A DNA stretch of 51,835 nucleotides from assembly GCA_910586745.1 (NCBI GenBank), contig CAJUJZ010000001.1, positions 1 through 51,835 of the forward strand, written 5' to 3'. The notes under the pieces are model-generated. The model saw nothing but the letters and a program-made list of their open reading frames with translations, made no database searches and was not told the DNA's origin. A program made the translations under genes and the position numbers. Source of the DNA: an uncultured Mucispirillum sp. Lineage in GTDB: Bacteria > Chrysiogenota > Deferribacteres > Deferribacterales > Mucispirillaceae. Positions 18,566 through 28,785 of the stretch are shown here, piece after piece; within the stretch, counting starts at the first letter, position 1, and each line of letters opens with the position of its first letter.

Positions 18566-20371
18566 CTATTTATCTTCTCCTATACGCAGCACTGCTAAAA
18601 ATGCTTCCTGCGGCAGCTCAACAGAGCCTATTTGTTTCATTCTTTTTTTACCTTCTTTCTGTTTCTCTAAAAGTTTTCTTTTACGAGTAATGTCTCCGCC
18701 GTAACACTTTGCAATAACATCTTTTCTAAATGCTTTTACTGTGCTTCTTGCTATTACTTTGTTACCTATTGCAGCCTGAATTGCTACTTCAAACATCTGC
18801 CTAGGTATAACTTCTTTCATTTTTTCAACTAATTCTCTGCCCTTATAATCTGCCTGATCTCTATGCACTATAATAGATAATGCATCAACAGGCTCTTTAT
18901 TTATAAGAATATCAAGTTTTACCAGTTTGCTTTCTCTGTATTCTGCAAATTCGTAATCAAAAGATGCATAACCCCTTGAGCATGATTTTAATTTATCATA
19001 GAAATCCATTACAACTTCCATAAGTGGCAGCATATACTCTAATATAACACGGCTTTGTGACAAAAATTTCATATTAGTCTGCCAGCCCCGTCTTTGCTGC
19101 AGAAGCTGTATTACTGCACCCACATACTCTGAAGGCAGAATTAATGTGGCAGAAATGTAAGGTTCTTCTATTTTTATATAGTTATTTGGGTCTGGCAAAT
19201 CTGCAGGATTATCTACTTCTACACATGTGCCATCAGTTTTATATATTTTATAAATAACAGTGGGGGCAGTTGATATAAGGTTTAAATTAAACTCTCTTTC
19301 AAGTCTTTCCTGAACTATTTCCATATGTAACAGCCCTAAAAAGCCGCATCTGAAACCAAAGCCTAATGCTGCAGAACTTTCTGGCTCAAATGTAATAGCA
19401 CTGTCATTTAATATAAGCTTTTCTATAGCATCACGCAAATCCTGATACTGGTTTGGATCAATTGGATAAAGACCGCAGAAAACAACAGGTTTAACATTTT
19501 TAAAACCGGGAAATGGGTCTTTTGTAGGGTTTTTAGAATGTGTTACAGTATCACCTATTTTTACTTCATGTACATCTTTAATACTTGCAGATATAAAGCC
19601 AACTTCTCCAGGTCCTAATTCTTCCATTTGAGCAGCCTGTGGCAGAAACTTACCTATTTCTATAACTTCATATTCTTTACCTGTCGCCATAAACTGCACT
19701 TTATCACTTTTTCTGATTATGCCGTCCATTACACGAATAAGAATAATAATACCCCTGTATGAATCATACCATGAGTCAAAAATCATAGCTTTTAAGTTTT
19801 TATCTGCATCGCCTTTTGGTGCAGGTACATGTTTTACAATAGCTTCAAGTATTTCTTTTGTGCCGATATTTTCTTTTGCACTGGCTGGTATTGCCCCGCT
19901 TGCATCTATGCCTATAGAGTCTTCTATTTCTGCTTTTACTCTCTCCACATCAGCAGAAGGCAAATCTATTTTATTAATAACTGGAATAAGCTCTAAATTT
20001 TGGTCAACTGCCATAAATGTATTTGCAATAGTTTGAGCTTCTACTCCTTGAGAAGCATCTACAACGACTAATGCACCTTCGCATGCAGCAAGACTTCTTG
20101 AAACTTCATAAGTAAAGTCCACATGTCCAGGAGTATCAATTAAATTAATTATATATTCATTTCCGTCATCAGCTTTATAGTTTAAGCATACTGTCTGGGC
20201 TTTAATAGTAATGCCCCTTTCTCTTTCTATATCCATAGAATCAAGCACTTGTGCTTTCATCTGCCTTTTTTCAAGTGCACCTGTATATTCTATAAGCCTG
20301 TCTGCAATAGTAGATTTGCCATGATCAATGTGGGCAATGATACTAAAATTGCGGATAATTGAAGTTTTCAT
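18566..20371 (-). CDS. lepA: Elongation factor 4
   Basis: [49 protein letters not shown]. Confidence 0.98.
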   Translation of the reverse strand: MKTSIIRNFSIIAHIDHGKSTIADRLIEYTGALEKRQMKAQVLDSMDIERERGITIKAQTVCLNYKADDGNEYIINLIDTPGHVDFTYEVSRSLAACEGALVVVDASQGVEAQTIANTFMAVDQNLELIPVINKIDLPSADVERVKAEIEDSIGIDASGAIPASAKENIGTKEILEAIVKHVPAPKGDADKNLKAMIFDSWYDSYRGIIILIRVMDGIIRKSDKVQFMATGKEYEVIEIGKFLPQAAQMEELGPGEVGFISASIKDVHEVKIGDTVTHSKNPTKDPFPGFKNVKPVVFCGLYPIDPNQYQDLRDAIEKLILNDSAITFEPESSAALGFGFRCGFLGLLHMEIVQERLEREFNLNLISTAPTVIYKIYKTDGTCVEVDNPADLPDPNNYIKIEEPYISATLILPSEYVGAVIQLLQQRRGWQTNMKFLSQSRVILEYMLPLMEVVMDFYDKLKSCSRGYASFDYEFAEYRESKLVKLDILINKEPVDALSIIVHRDQADYKGRELVEKMKEVIPRQMFEVAIQAAIGNKVIARSTVKAFRKDVIAKCYGGDITRKRKLLEKQKEGKKRMKQIGSVELPQEAFLAVLRIGEDK

Positions 20372-20440
20372 TAAATATTCCTGTCCTTAAGTTCTTTATA
20401 ACTTTATTTATTCTTAAAATATGTAGCAGAAAATATAAAA

Positions 20441-20455
20441 TTTAGCAATAAAAAA
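20441..20455 (+). repeat. 15-bp direct repeat, left boundary of DpnII island
   Basis: TTTAGCAATAAAAAA identical to 22921-22935. Confidence 0.7.
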
Positions 20456-20569
20456 GGAATAAATGGACTTAAAAAATACTTTTTCAAGACATTATATGGA
20501 TTATATTATGGAGATAATTTTTATTACTAAAAATAAAAATAAACTGTATAATAATATTTAAAGAATATT

Positions 20570-21070
20570 GTGAGGTTAATATTGATTTCCGTATTAAAAA
20601 CATTCGAAGATGGTTCTGTAGTTAGTTATTGTAAAGGTAGGTTTGATGATTGGTGTGTATATTATGTATCTTCTGATGGTAAGTCACATATTGCACCAAA
20701 AGATACAGATTATTTTGATGTCATTGAAAATCTAGATTTAAAATATTGTAATAGTATCGTGTATGATTTTATATATAATATACTTATTAATGTAACAGAT
20801 GTGGTTGATAATGAGATTTTAAGCTATATTAATCTACAATCAAAAAAATTATATTCAGATGAGTTTTTAGAAGCTGATAAAAATATTACATTTATTTATG
20901 TATGACTGCATAAGAAAATAAGGCTAATACAAAACTTAGAAAGGGTATTTAAATGTCTGGAATATATTGTTTATTAAAAGAAAATAAAAGTATATTTGAT
21001 GCCGCTGACAGTATGTGTGGAAAAAGAGCTAATGTATTAATAGAATAATATAAAATAAGGGGTATTTTTA
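20570..21070 (+). pseudogene. Decayed conserved hypothetical gene (DUF7004-like from memory)
   Basis: GRFDDWCVY..PKDTDYF ORF to 20905, then a shifted frame MTA*ENKANTKLRKGI*MSGIY...IE*YKIRG with TAA at 20911, 20950 and 21046. Confidence 0.65.
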
Positions 21071-21123
21071 TGAGAAATAATAAAAATAAATTACTATAAT
21101 ATTTGAGAATATTGATAAAATAT

Positions 21124-21981
21124 TTATTTAATAATCTTTTTTAAAATATTATTGTCTAAATCATTAATATTATATATATGTTGCATATAATTAAAAGTTT
21201 CCCTTAAATTATTTTTTGCACTTTTCCAGCCTAGACCATCAGTTATCCAAATAAAAGTGAAATTTTGTAAATTGTTTGTTTCTGTTGCTATTTCTTTGTA
21301 ACTCCTAGCTGTTTCATTAAGTTTTGAACCACCAGTATTATAAAAATTTACTTCTATTGCATAAATTTTACCATCTTTTTTGATAACAAAATCAAACTTT
21401 TTATTCGCATTTGTTTTTATATATGATAATAAATTTATACCAAATTTATCTTTAAAATCGGCAGTATTTATCTGTGTAAAATAAGTACTATCTTTTATAT
21501 AGCCAGCATTTTGTATATGGCTTTCCACGAGGGTTTCCATTGTTTTGCCTGTTCTATTTTTACGGGCATTAGAATCTAAACCTACTTCAACACCTGTTAT
21601 GTAGTCTTGTAAAGATTTGATTTTAGAGTTTGCAAGTAAATTAAAAAGCCCAGTTTTTTGCATAAATTTAATATATAATTCAATATTTGCATTTTTAAAG
21701 TCTTTGAAATTAATTACATTCTTACCACTGGTATCGTTTACTATAATTTCATATTGTCTAATGGCAAGTAGAATAGGAATACATTGTAGTGTTTCTGGAT
21801 ATTTGTTTACTATATAAGTAAAATCTTGTTTAATGCTTTGACTGCCTATTAAAGAATTTAATATATTTAATTCTACTTTAATGCTATTTATATTTTCATA
21901 TACTTTTTTAAAATCAGTGAAAAAATCATAAGTACAAATGCTATCACTAAAAGTTTCAAGCCATGTATCAAAATTTCTCAT
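21124..21981 (-). CDS. DpnII-family type II restriction endonuclease (GATC predicted)
   Basis: ELNILNSLIG, GVEVGLDSNARKNRTG, KFDFV, IEVNFY.TGGSKLNETARSY, FIWITDG.GW. Confidence 0.92.
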   Translation of the reverse strand: MRNFDTWLETFSDSICTYDFFTDFKKVYENINSIKVELNILNSLIGSQSIKQDFTYIVNKYPETLQCIPILLAIRQYEIIVNDTSGKNVINFKDFKNANIELYIKFMQKTGLFNLLANSKIKSLQDYITGVEVGLDSNARKNRTGKTMETLVESHIQNAGYIKDSTYFTQINTADFKDKFGINLLSYIKTNANKKFDFVIKKDGKIYAIEVNFYNTGGSKLNETARSYKEIATETNNLQNFTFIWITDGLGWKSAKNNLRETFNYMQHIYNINDLDNNILKKIIK

Positions 21982-21991
21982 TTATAACTTC

Positions 21992-22873
21992 TTAATAATT
22001 GCTGATAAGAAGTTCACTTATGTGTCCTCTATTATTTCCTTTACTATTAATCATTCGAGAGGCATAAATTCTATTAATTTTTTTTGTACGGTATAGATTA
22101 TCAAAAAACATATCATTTATATCGATGTTATGAGGGTCTGAGTTACTTAATAAAATATATGCTCCTTTTTTTTCTATTTTTTCAATAAAATCAGCCAATA
22201 AAATTTGCTCTTTATCATCAAAATTATTATCTGCATATGAAGTAAAAGATGATGTGCTAGTTAAAGGTCTATATGGTGGGTCAAAATATATAAATGTTTT
22301 TTCATCTGCAAAGTCATATACATTTGTATAACTACCTGCAATAATATCTATATGTGTTAATGCTTTTGTAATTGCTGATATGTTTTCTAAACTGTATATT
22401 TTAGGTTTTTTGTATTTACCAGCAGGAACATTAAATATGTTATTTTTATTAACTCTGTATAATCCATTAAAACATGTTTTATTTAAAAAAATAAATAAAG
22501 CTGCTTTGTATGTATCATATTGATTAATCAAGTTATTATATTCTTCTCGTTTATTATAATAAAATTCATTTTGATTTTCATAATCAAGTGATAAATATTG
22601 AGTTTCAAGATGTGATAATATTTCTATTAATTCTTGATGATTATTTTTAATTGTGTTGTATGTATGTATAAGATTTTTATTAATATCACCAATGTATATC
22701 TGGTCTAATTTATATGAGGATATAATATCAAATAATACTGCACCACCGCCAACAAAAGGCTCTGCATACTTAGTGATTGTGTTCCCAAGTCCCTGTGGAT
22801 ACATTTGCCGAATTTGTGGAAGAAGTTGTCCTTTGCCACCAGCCCATTTTATAAAAGGTTTAAGTTGTATCAT
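21992..22873 (-). CDS. Dam/DpnM-family DNA adenine methyltransferase
   Basis: PFIKWAGGK, EPFVGGGAV, FNGLYRVN, YFDPPY, LSNSD. Confidence 0.93.
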   Translation of the reverse strand: MIQLKPFIKWAGGKGQLLPQIRQMYPQGLGNTITKYAEPFVGGGAVLFDIISSYKLDQIYIGDINKNLIHTYNTIKNNHQELIEILSHLETQYLSLDYENQNEFYYNKREEYNNLINQYDTYKAALFIFLNKTCFNGLYRVNKNNIFNVPAGKYKKPKIYSLENISAITKALTHIDIIAGSYTNVYDFADEKTFIYFDPPYRPLTSTSSFTSYADNNFDDKEQILLADFIEKIEKKGAYILLSNSDPHNIDINDMFFDNLYRTKKINRIYASRMINSKGNNRGHISELLISNY

Positions 22874-22920
22874 AAGTCCTCGTTAGTGATTTTAGTCTAA
22901 TTTTATAATACATTCGAATT

Positions 22921-22935
22921 TTTAGCAATAAAAAA
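22921..22935 (+). repeat. 15-bp direct repeat, right boundary of DpnII island
   Basis: TTTAGCAATAAAAAA identical to 20441-20455. Confidence 0.7.
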
Positions 22936-22962
22936 AGCCCATACAGTGTATGTATGGGCTTT
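22930..22962 (-). terminator. Intrinsic terminator of cheV-cpoB
   Basis: AAAGCCCATACA-GTGTA-TGTATGGGCTTT with a U-tract on the minus strand. Confidence 0.85.
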
Positions 22963-22982
22963 AAAAATATATAATAAATATT

Positions 22983-23804
22983 TTATGCTCCTAATGTTTG
23001 CAGTTTCTGCCTTGCAAGTGTTGCAGGTTTAGATTTAGGATATTTTTTTAACAAATTCTGAAATGTAGCAACAGCTTCTTGTTTTTTGCCTTGTTTTTCC
23101 TGTACATAGCCTATTTTAAGCATTGCATCAGGAATTTTGTTTGATTTAGGGAATTTATTTATAACATCTTGAAATGCTTTTACAGCATTATTCATATCAT
23201 TAACAGAATAGTAAGTTTCCCCTATCCAGTACTGAGCATTTCCTGCAAGCTGGTCTTTAGGGTATTTTTTAATAAATTCCTGAAACTTTGCTCTTGCTTC
23301 GTTATATTTTTTCTGCCTGTTTAATTCTATGGCATAAGAATAAAGACTGTTTTTTGCAGCACCAGAATCTTCTATTACAACTATCTGCGGTGCTTCTTCT
23401 TTTGGTGCAGCAGGAGCTTTTTCATCAAGAATAATAATATTAGTTAATGGTGCAGAATTGCCTTTTGATGTAGTAGTAGAACTTACATTTTTACTGTTTG
23501 TATCCTGTACAGGTGCTGCTGTTGCCCCTTTGTTGCCTTTTAATACTAATATTTCATTATTAAGATATGCTATTTCTGAACGAAGTTCTGCAATAGCATC
23601 TGCATTTGTAGTAACATCATTCTGCAGGTTTCCACTAGCAGACTGCACATCTTCCATATTCATTTGAGTATCAGTTAAAGATTTTTGAATAACAACAAGT
23701 TCTTCATTAATGTTAGTTAAACTTTTCTTAACAGCATCATTACCAGTATTTGCACATGATGCAGCAAGTAAAGCTATCAATGTAGAAAATAATATTTTTT
23801 TCAT
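22983..23804 (-). CDS. cpoB: Tol-Pal associated CpoB/YbgF-like TPR lipoprotein
   Basis: Lipobox AAS-C, coiled coil, F...YP...LAGNAQYWIGE, KIPDAMLKIG. Confidence 0.85.
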   Translation of the reverse strand: MKKILFSTLIALLAASCANTGNDAVKKSLTNINEELVVIQKSLTDTQMNMEDVQSASGNLQNDVTTNADAIAELRSEIAYLNNEILVLKGNKGATAAPVQDTNSKNVSSTTTSKGNSAPLTNIIILDEKAPAAPKEEAPQIVVIEDSGAAKNSLYSYAIELNRQKKYNEARAKFQEFIKKYPKDQLAGNAQYWIGETYYSVNDMNNAVKAFQDVINKFPKSNKIPDAMLKIGYVQEKQGKKQEAVATFQNLLKKYPKSKPATLARQKLQTLGA

Positions 23805-23821
23805 TAAATATACCTCATATA

Positions 23822-24763
23822 TTATTGTTGAGCTATGTTTTTATGTATAATAGTACCTTTATGGTTAAGAACAAAGTCATCAACAGCCTGTATTAAGTCG
23901 CTTAAATCAGGTTTGCCGATAAATCTTGATGCTCCAATATTTAAAAGTTTTCTTTCATTTTCTACACTTACCATGGATGAGAAAACTAATATAGGTACAT
24001 CGTTAAATATATCTTTTTCTCTAGTTTTTCTAACAACATAGTCACCACTGCCGCCAGGCATTTCAAGGTCAGTAATTATAAGGGCAGGTTTTTCTTTCCT
24101 AAGTCTTGTAAGTAAATCTATACCATTTTCAAAAACAACAGTGTTATAGCCTGCACGAGTAAAGCTTCCTTGCAGAAGTTTTCTGATAGTAGGAGAGTCT
24201 TCTGCTAGAAAGATTGTTTTGCCATTTCTATCATAATAGCGTGACATATCTATTTCAGTTGTTTCTCTAACCATAGTAATAGGGTTAATTTCCGCAACTA
24301 TTTTTTCAAAGTCAAGCATTTGAATAAGCCTGTCGTCAATAGTAACAACGCCTAAAACAGAATCTACTATATTTAAATCACTCATATCAGAATAATCTTT
24401 AATATCGCTCCATGTGATACGGTGAATACGAACAACTTCATCAACTAAAAAGCCATTATATGCACCATTAAAATAAGTAACGATTACTTTAGATTTGCTG
24501 AAATCAGGATCCTGCTGACGAACACCTATCCACTGGCCAAGGTTGATAATGGGTACAAGATTTTGGCGGATATTTGCTGTGCCTATGATTGCAGGATGTG
24601 AATCAGGCACTTGAACAGTAGTTTCTGGAAATATTATTACTTCACGCACTTTTGCAACATTTATGCAAAAATGGTATGGCATATTTCCATTATTAATAAT
24701 AAACTCCACGATTTCAAATTCATTTGTTCCTGTTTCTAATAATATACCATGATTTAGAGCCAT
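23822..24763 (-). CDS. cheV: Chemotaxis protein CheV (CheW plus receiver)
   Basis: ILLETGTNEFEIVEF, INVAKVREV, AEDS, ITDLEMP. Confidence 0.92.
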   Translation of the reverse strand: MALNHGILLETGTNEFEIVEFIINNGNMPYHFCINVAKVREVIIFPETTVQVPDSHPAIIGTANIRQNLVPIINLGQWIGVRQQDPDFSKSKVIVTYFNGAYNGFLVDEVVRIHRITWSDIKDYSDMSDLNIVDSVLGVVTIDDRLIQMLDFEKIVAEINPITMVRETTEIDMSRYYDRNGKTIFLAEDSPTIRKLLQGSFTRAGYNTVVFENGIDLLTRLRKEKPALIITDLEMPGGSGDYVVRKTREKDIFNDVPILVFSSMVSVENERKLLNIGASRFIGKPDLSDLIQAVDDFVLNHKGTIIHKNIAQQ

Positions 24764-25013
24764 AAATTATCTCCATTTGTAAATACTATTATTTTTATCA
24801 CATGTTTAAATCTTTTGCAATAAGGAAAATAAAATATTATACTATATATAATAAAAATCAAGACTTTTTATAAGGTGAAATATAAAAATATCTTTAGTAT
24901 ATTTTTAAAATGCATATAAGTTTATAAAAGCTGATATATAAAATTATAAAAAAATGATAAATATATTAAAGTTTTTCTTGTAATATTATTGAAAATATGT
25001 AGTATTATGTATT

Positions 25014-27653
25014 ATGATGAGAAAGTTATGTTTAGTAATAATTATCCTTATGATAAGCTTCAACAGTCTATGGGCTCAGCAGCTTTTTTTAAGAAAGGAT
25101 AAATATTTTACAGAAGTATATTTAAAGCTTGATAAAAAAAATATCAAAAACATTGAAAAAGGTACAAATCAGGTAATTATATCTTTTCAAAACAGTATTA
25201 AGCAGCCTTTTTCTCAGGATATTAATGATGATTATGTATCAAGCATACAGGGCAGCGACAGAAGCTTTATAATTAATATTAAGCCTGATGCAGAGTTTTC
25301 TATTGTTAATGATGCTGCAGGTGTGAAAGTCGTAGCCACTAAATCTAAAACTAATGAAGATACTCTTTCAAGCTATGGTGTAGCAAAACCACTGCTTTCT
25401 ACAAAATCTCAAGGGCTTGAAGATAAAAATATGCAGGATATGCTTGACCAGGCAGACAGATATATTGCGTCAAAACAGTTTGGGCAGGGTGCTCAAGTGC
25501 TGCAGCAGATACTTGCTTCTACTCAAAATGAGTTTTACAAACAGGAAGCTATGTATAAACTTGGTGAAACATATCTTTTAATAGGACAGTATGACGGCCT
25601 TTATTATGCAAGTGCTTATGAAATATTTGATGAATTTGTTAAGCAGTATCCAGATAACTTCCGCACTCCAGATGCACTGCTTAAATCTGCACAGGCAAAA
25701 GAAGATGCAAACCAGCAGTTTGAAGCTATCAATACATACTTAAAAATATATAATACAGTGCCTGATTTAGAAACAAAAAGAGATGCTTTGAAAAAAATGG
25801 CAGAACTTTATAAAAAAGTAGGTCAGGTTGATAAGGCAATAGAAACATATCTTTCATATCTCCGCAACTTTAAAACAGACCAGGATATTATTAACAGCGA
25901 AGTTGGTCAGATGTATTATGATATGAATGAAGAAAACTTAGCATTTGAATATTTTTCTACATTAAATCTTGATGAACTTTTAAACAGTCCAGATACTACT
26001 CTTGCACGGCTTAATTCTGTGGCAGATACTTTTTATAAAAAGAACAGGTTAGAGCCTGCCTTAAAGCTTTATACACATATATATGAAAAATATCCAGATG
26101 ATGCATCAGCTAATACTGCAATTTTCAGAGCAGCATCTATTCTGCATAATACTGGCAGGGATACAGATGCAGACCAGCTTTTATTAAGACTTAAACAGCT
26201 TTATCCAGACAGAGAAGGAGGCCAGAGAGCTACTATTGAGTATGCAGAAAAATACTTAAATATAAAGCCTTATGAATACTGGAATAAGTTTTTTGAAGAT
26301 TTATTTACAAGGCCTGATTCTTACGGACTTCATGAACAAGCAAAATATATGCTTATAAAAACATTATATAAAGAAAACAGAATGGCAGAAGCTGTTGATA
26401 TGATATCAAACTTTTTAGGAATGTATCCTGAAAGTAAATATTATGATGAGTTAAACACTATAAAAGAAGATTATATGTTTGCTCAGCTTTTAGATGTATA
26501 TAATAAAAAAGATTATGTTACAGCAGAGCCTCTTATAAACAGATTTAATACAGAGTATCCAAACTCTAAATATAAACCTAGAACAGATATTATGCTTAAT
26601 GAAATAAAATACGGCAAAATTGACGACATTTATAAAAATAATGATTATAAAAGTGTAATTTCTTTTGCTAAGGCTCAGCTTGCTTCCCCTGACCCTGCAA
26701 AATACGGAGATATTGCAAGGTGGGAAGCTTTACTTGATGAAGCAACATATAAAGATATTAATGTAATATACGGCTCTAAAAACTTTCCTGCAGCAAGAGC
26801 GGGAGCAAAAGAATATCTTGATAAGTTTAAAAGAGGCAAATACAGAAAAGAAGTTTCTGCAATATTAGAAAATTCTGTGCTTAAACCTATGGAAGAATCA
26901 TACAAGGCTCTTGATTATCCATCAGTTGTGCAGCTTTATGATGCAAATTCTGACTGGATAAGCACATGGAATAATAAAGCTTTTCAAGATAAAGTAAAAA
27001 CTATGGTTGCAATGAGCGTTTACAGGCTTGGTTCACCAAGCAAGGCAAGAACTTTTTATGCTGAAATTACACCAAACCCTTCAAATATGGACTATGCAGT
27101 GCTTGGCTATCTTTTAGGCGATAAAAACTTAAAAGCTGATGTAAACAGCTTTGATAAAGATACATTTAAATATATTACCAGCGAACTGGAACAGCTTGAT
27201 ACCGATATGGCTGTATCACTGCTTGATAAATATACAAGAGATAAAAAATATGCACTCAGCTTAAAATACTCTCTTGCTAAAAATATACCAAGTGATGCAA
27301 AACGCCAGCAAATTCTTATGAGTATATATGATACTGTCAGGCAGGATGCTGGAGCAAGGTTTGAAGGCAGTAATAATGTTTATATGGATATAGGATTAAT
27401 TTTTTACAGGAAAAATGACTTTAAAAATGCAGTGCTTCCATTAAAACAGTTTACTGATAATTATAAGGAAAAAGATGACAGACGAGCAGAAGCTTTATAT
27501 TATCTTGGTAAATCATTTATTAATATGGGTGATATTCAGCGTGGGTATAATTATTATAATGATATAATATCAAATATTCCTTCAAGCATATATGCAGGTA
27601 TAGCAAAAGGCGAGATGGAAGAAGATGAATGGCGTAAAAACCTTAATAAATAA
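25014..27653 (+). CDS. Large exported TPR-repeat protein
   Basis: Signal peptide; repeated F..QYP / YP.S.Y TPR-like motifs. Confidence 0.8.
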   Translation: MMRKLCLVIIILMISFNSLWAQQLFLRKDKYFTEVYLKLDKKNIKNIEKGTNQVIISFQNSIKQPFSQDINDDYVSSIQGSDRSFIINIKPDAEFSIVNDAAGVKVVATKSKTNEDTLSSYGVAKPLLSTKSQGLEDKNMQDMLDQADRYIASKQFGQGAQVLQQILASTQNEFYKQEAMYKLGETYLLIGQYDGLYYASAYEIFDEFVKQYPDNFRTPDALLKSAQAKEDANQQFEAINTYLKIYNTVPDLETKRDALKKMAELYKKVGQVDKAIETYLSYLRNFKTDQDIINSEVGQMYYDMNEENLAFEYFSTLNLDELLNSPDTTLARLNSVADTFYKKNRLEPALKLYTHIYEKYPDDASANTAIFRAASILHNTGRDTDADQLLLRLKQLYPDREGGQRATIEYAEKYLNIKPYEYWNKFFEDLFTRPDSYGLHEQAKYMLIKTLYKENRMAEAVDMISNFLGMYPESKYYDELNTIKEDYMFAQLLDVYNKKDYVTAEPLINRFNTEYPNSKYKPRTDIMLNEIKYGKIDDIYKNNDYKSVISFAKAQLASPDPAKYGDIARWEALLDEATYKDINVIYGSKNFPAARAGAKEYLDKFKRGKYRKEVSAILENSVLKPMEESYKALDYPSVVQLYDANSDWISTWNNKAFQDKVKTMVAMSVYRLGSPSKARTFYAEITPNPSNMDYAVLGYLLGDKNLKADVNSFDKDTFKYITSELEQLDTDMAVSLLDKYTRDKKYALSLKYSLAKNIPSDAKRQQILMSIYDTVRQDAGARFEGSNNVYMDIGLIFYRKNDFKNAVLPLKQFTDNYKEKDDRRAEALYYLGKSFINMGDIQRGYNYYNDIISNIPSSIYAGIAKGEMEEDEWRKNLNK

Positions 27654-27672
27654 TGTGAAGTAAGGTGATAAA

Positions 27673-28785
27673 TTGTCAGATATACAGAATATAGATGTAA
27701 ATTTATTAAAAGAAGTTGTTGATGCAGTAAACAGAACAACAGAAAGTTTAAAAGAATCTTATGCTCTTTTACAGAAAAAATTAGAACAGACTCAAGGTCT
27801 TTTAGATTCTGTGCTTGATAATACAAACTCTGCTATTATTGCTCAGGATAATAAAAACGGTGTGTTTTTAAAAAACAGGCGGGCAAAAGAATTAATAGAA
27901 GAGCTTGGGTATGATAAAGTTTTTGGAATATTAAGCTCATTTAATACAACCGGCGTTCATGATTATGATGATGAAGGCAGAAGATATTTCAGGTTAAGCG
28001 TTAGTGCTTTAAAATCAGAAGATTCTGAAGGATTTGTATATGTAATGGATGATATTACAAGGCTCAAAAAGTTTGAGCAGGAAAAGCAGAGAAACGAAAG
28101 GCTTCGTATTATGGGTGAAATGGCTGCAAATATTGCTCATGAAGTAAGAAACCCGCTTGGCTCTATTGAACTATATGCTTCACTTTTAGCAAGGGATTTA
28201 GAACAGGAACCTGATAAAAAAAGGCTTACAACATCAATAATAAAAGGTGTCCGCACTATTAATGCAGTTATAAGCAATACACTGCTTTTTGCAAAAGAAA
28301 TTAAAATAAACCCCTCTAAATATGTGCTTGTAGATATTGTTGATGAAGTAGTTCTTTATCTGCAGCATATAATAAGAGATAAAAAAGTAAGAGTTATAAA
28401 CAAGCTTGATGAAGAACATATTGTTTTTTGTGATGAAGATATGTATAAGCAGGTTATAATGAATTTAATAGGTAATGCAGTAGATGCTGTAAATGCTGGC
28501 GGCGAGATTACTGTTACTTCTGAAATGACAGAAAAAGCAACTGTTCTTCACATTAGAGATAACGGATGTGGAATAGATGAAGATATGCTTTCTCGTCTTT
28601 TTATGCCATTTCAAACAACAAAAGCAAAAGGCACTGGATTAGGTCTTTCTATATCTTATAAAATTATAAAAGCACATGGTGGAGATATTATTGCAGAAAG
28701 CAATGGCAGAGATTATACAATGTTTACTGTAACACTGCCTTCTGCTGAATATGCTGCGGTATCTGGTGGAGAAAATAATGATTGA
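27673..28785 (+). CDS. Soluble sensor histidine kinase (FleS/FlrB/FlgS-like)
   Basis: GEMAANIAHEVRNPLG, NLIGNA, DNGCG, TTKAKGTGLGL; no TM segment; TTG start after AAGGTG. Confidence 0.85.
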   Translation: MSDIQNIDVNLLKEVVDAVNRTTESLKESYALLQKKLEQTQGLLDSVLDNTNSAIIAQDNKNGVFLKNRRAKELIEELGYDKVFGILSSFNTTGVHDYDDEGRRYFRLSVSALKSEDSEGFVYVMDDITRLKKFEQEKQRNERLRIMGEMAANIAHEVRNPLGSIELYASLLARDLEQEPDKKRLTTSIIKGVRTINAVISNTLLFAKEIKINPSKYVLVDIVDEVVLYLQHIIRDKKVRVINKLDEEHIVFCDEDMYKQVIMNLIGNAVDAVNAGGEITVTSEMTEKATVLHIRDNGCGIDEDMLSRLFMPFQTTKAKGTGLGLSISYKIIKAHGGDIIAESNGRDYTMFTVTLPSAEYAAVSGGENND

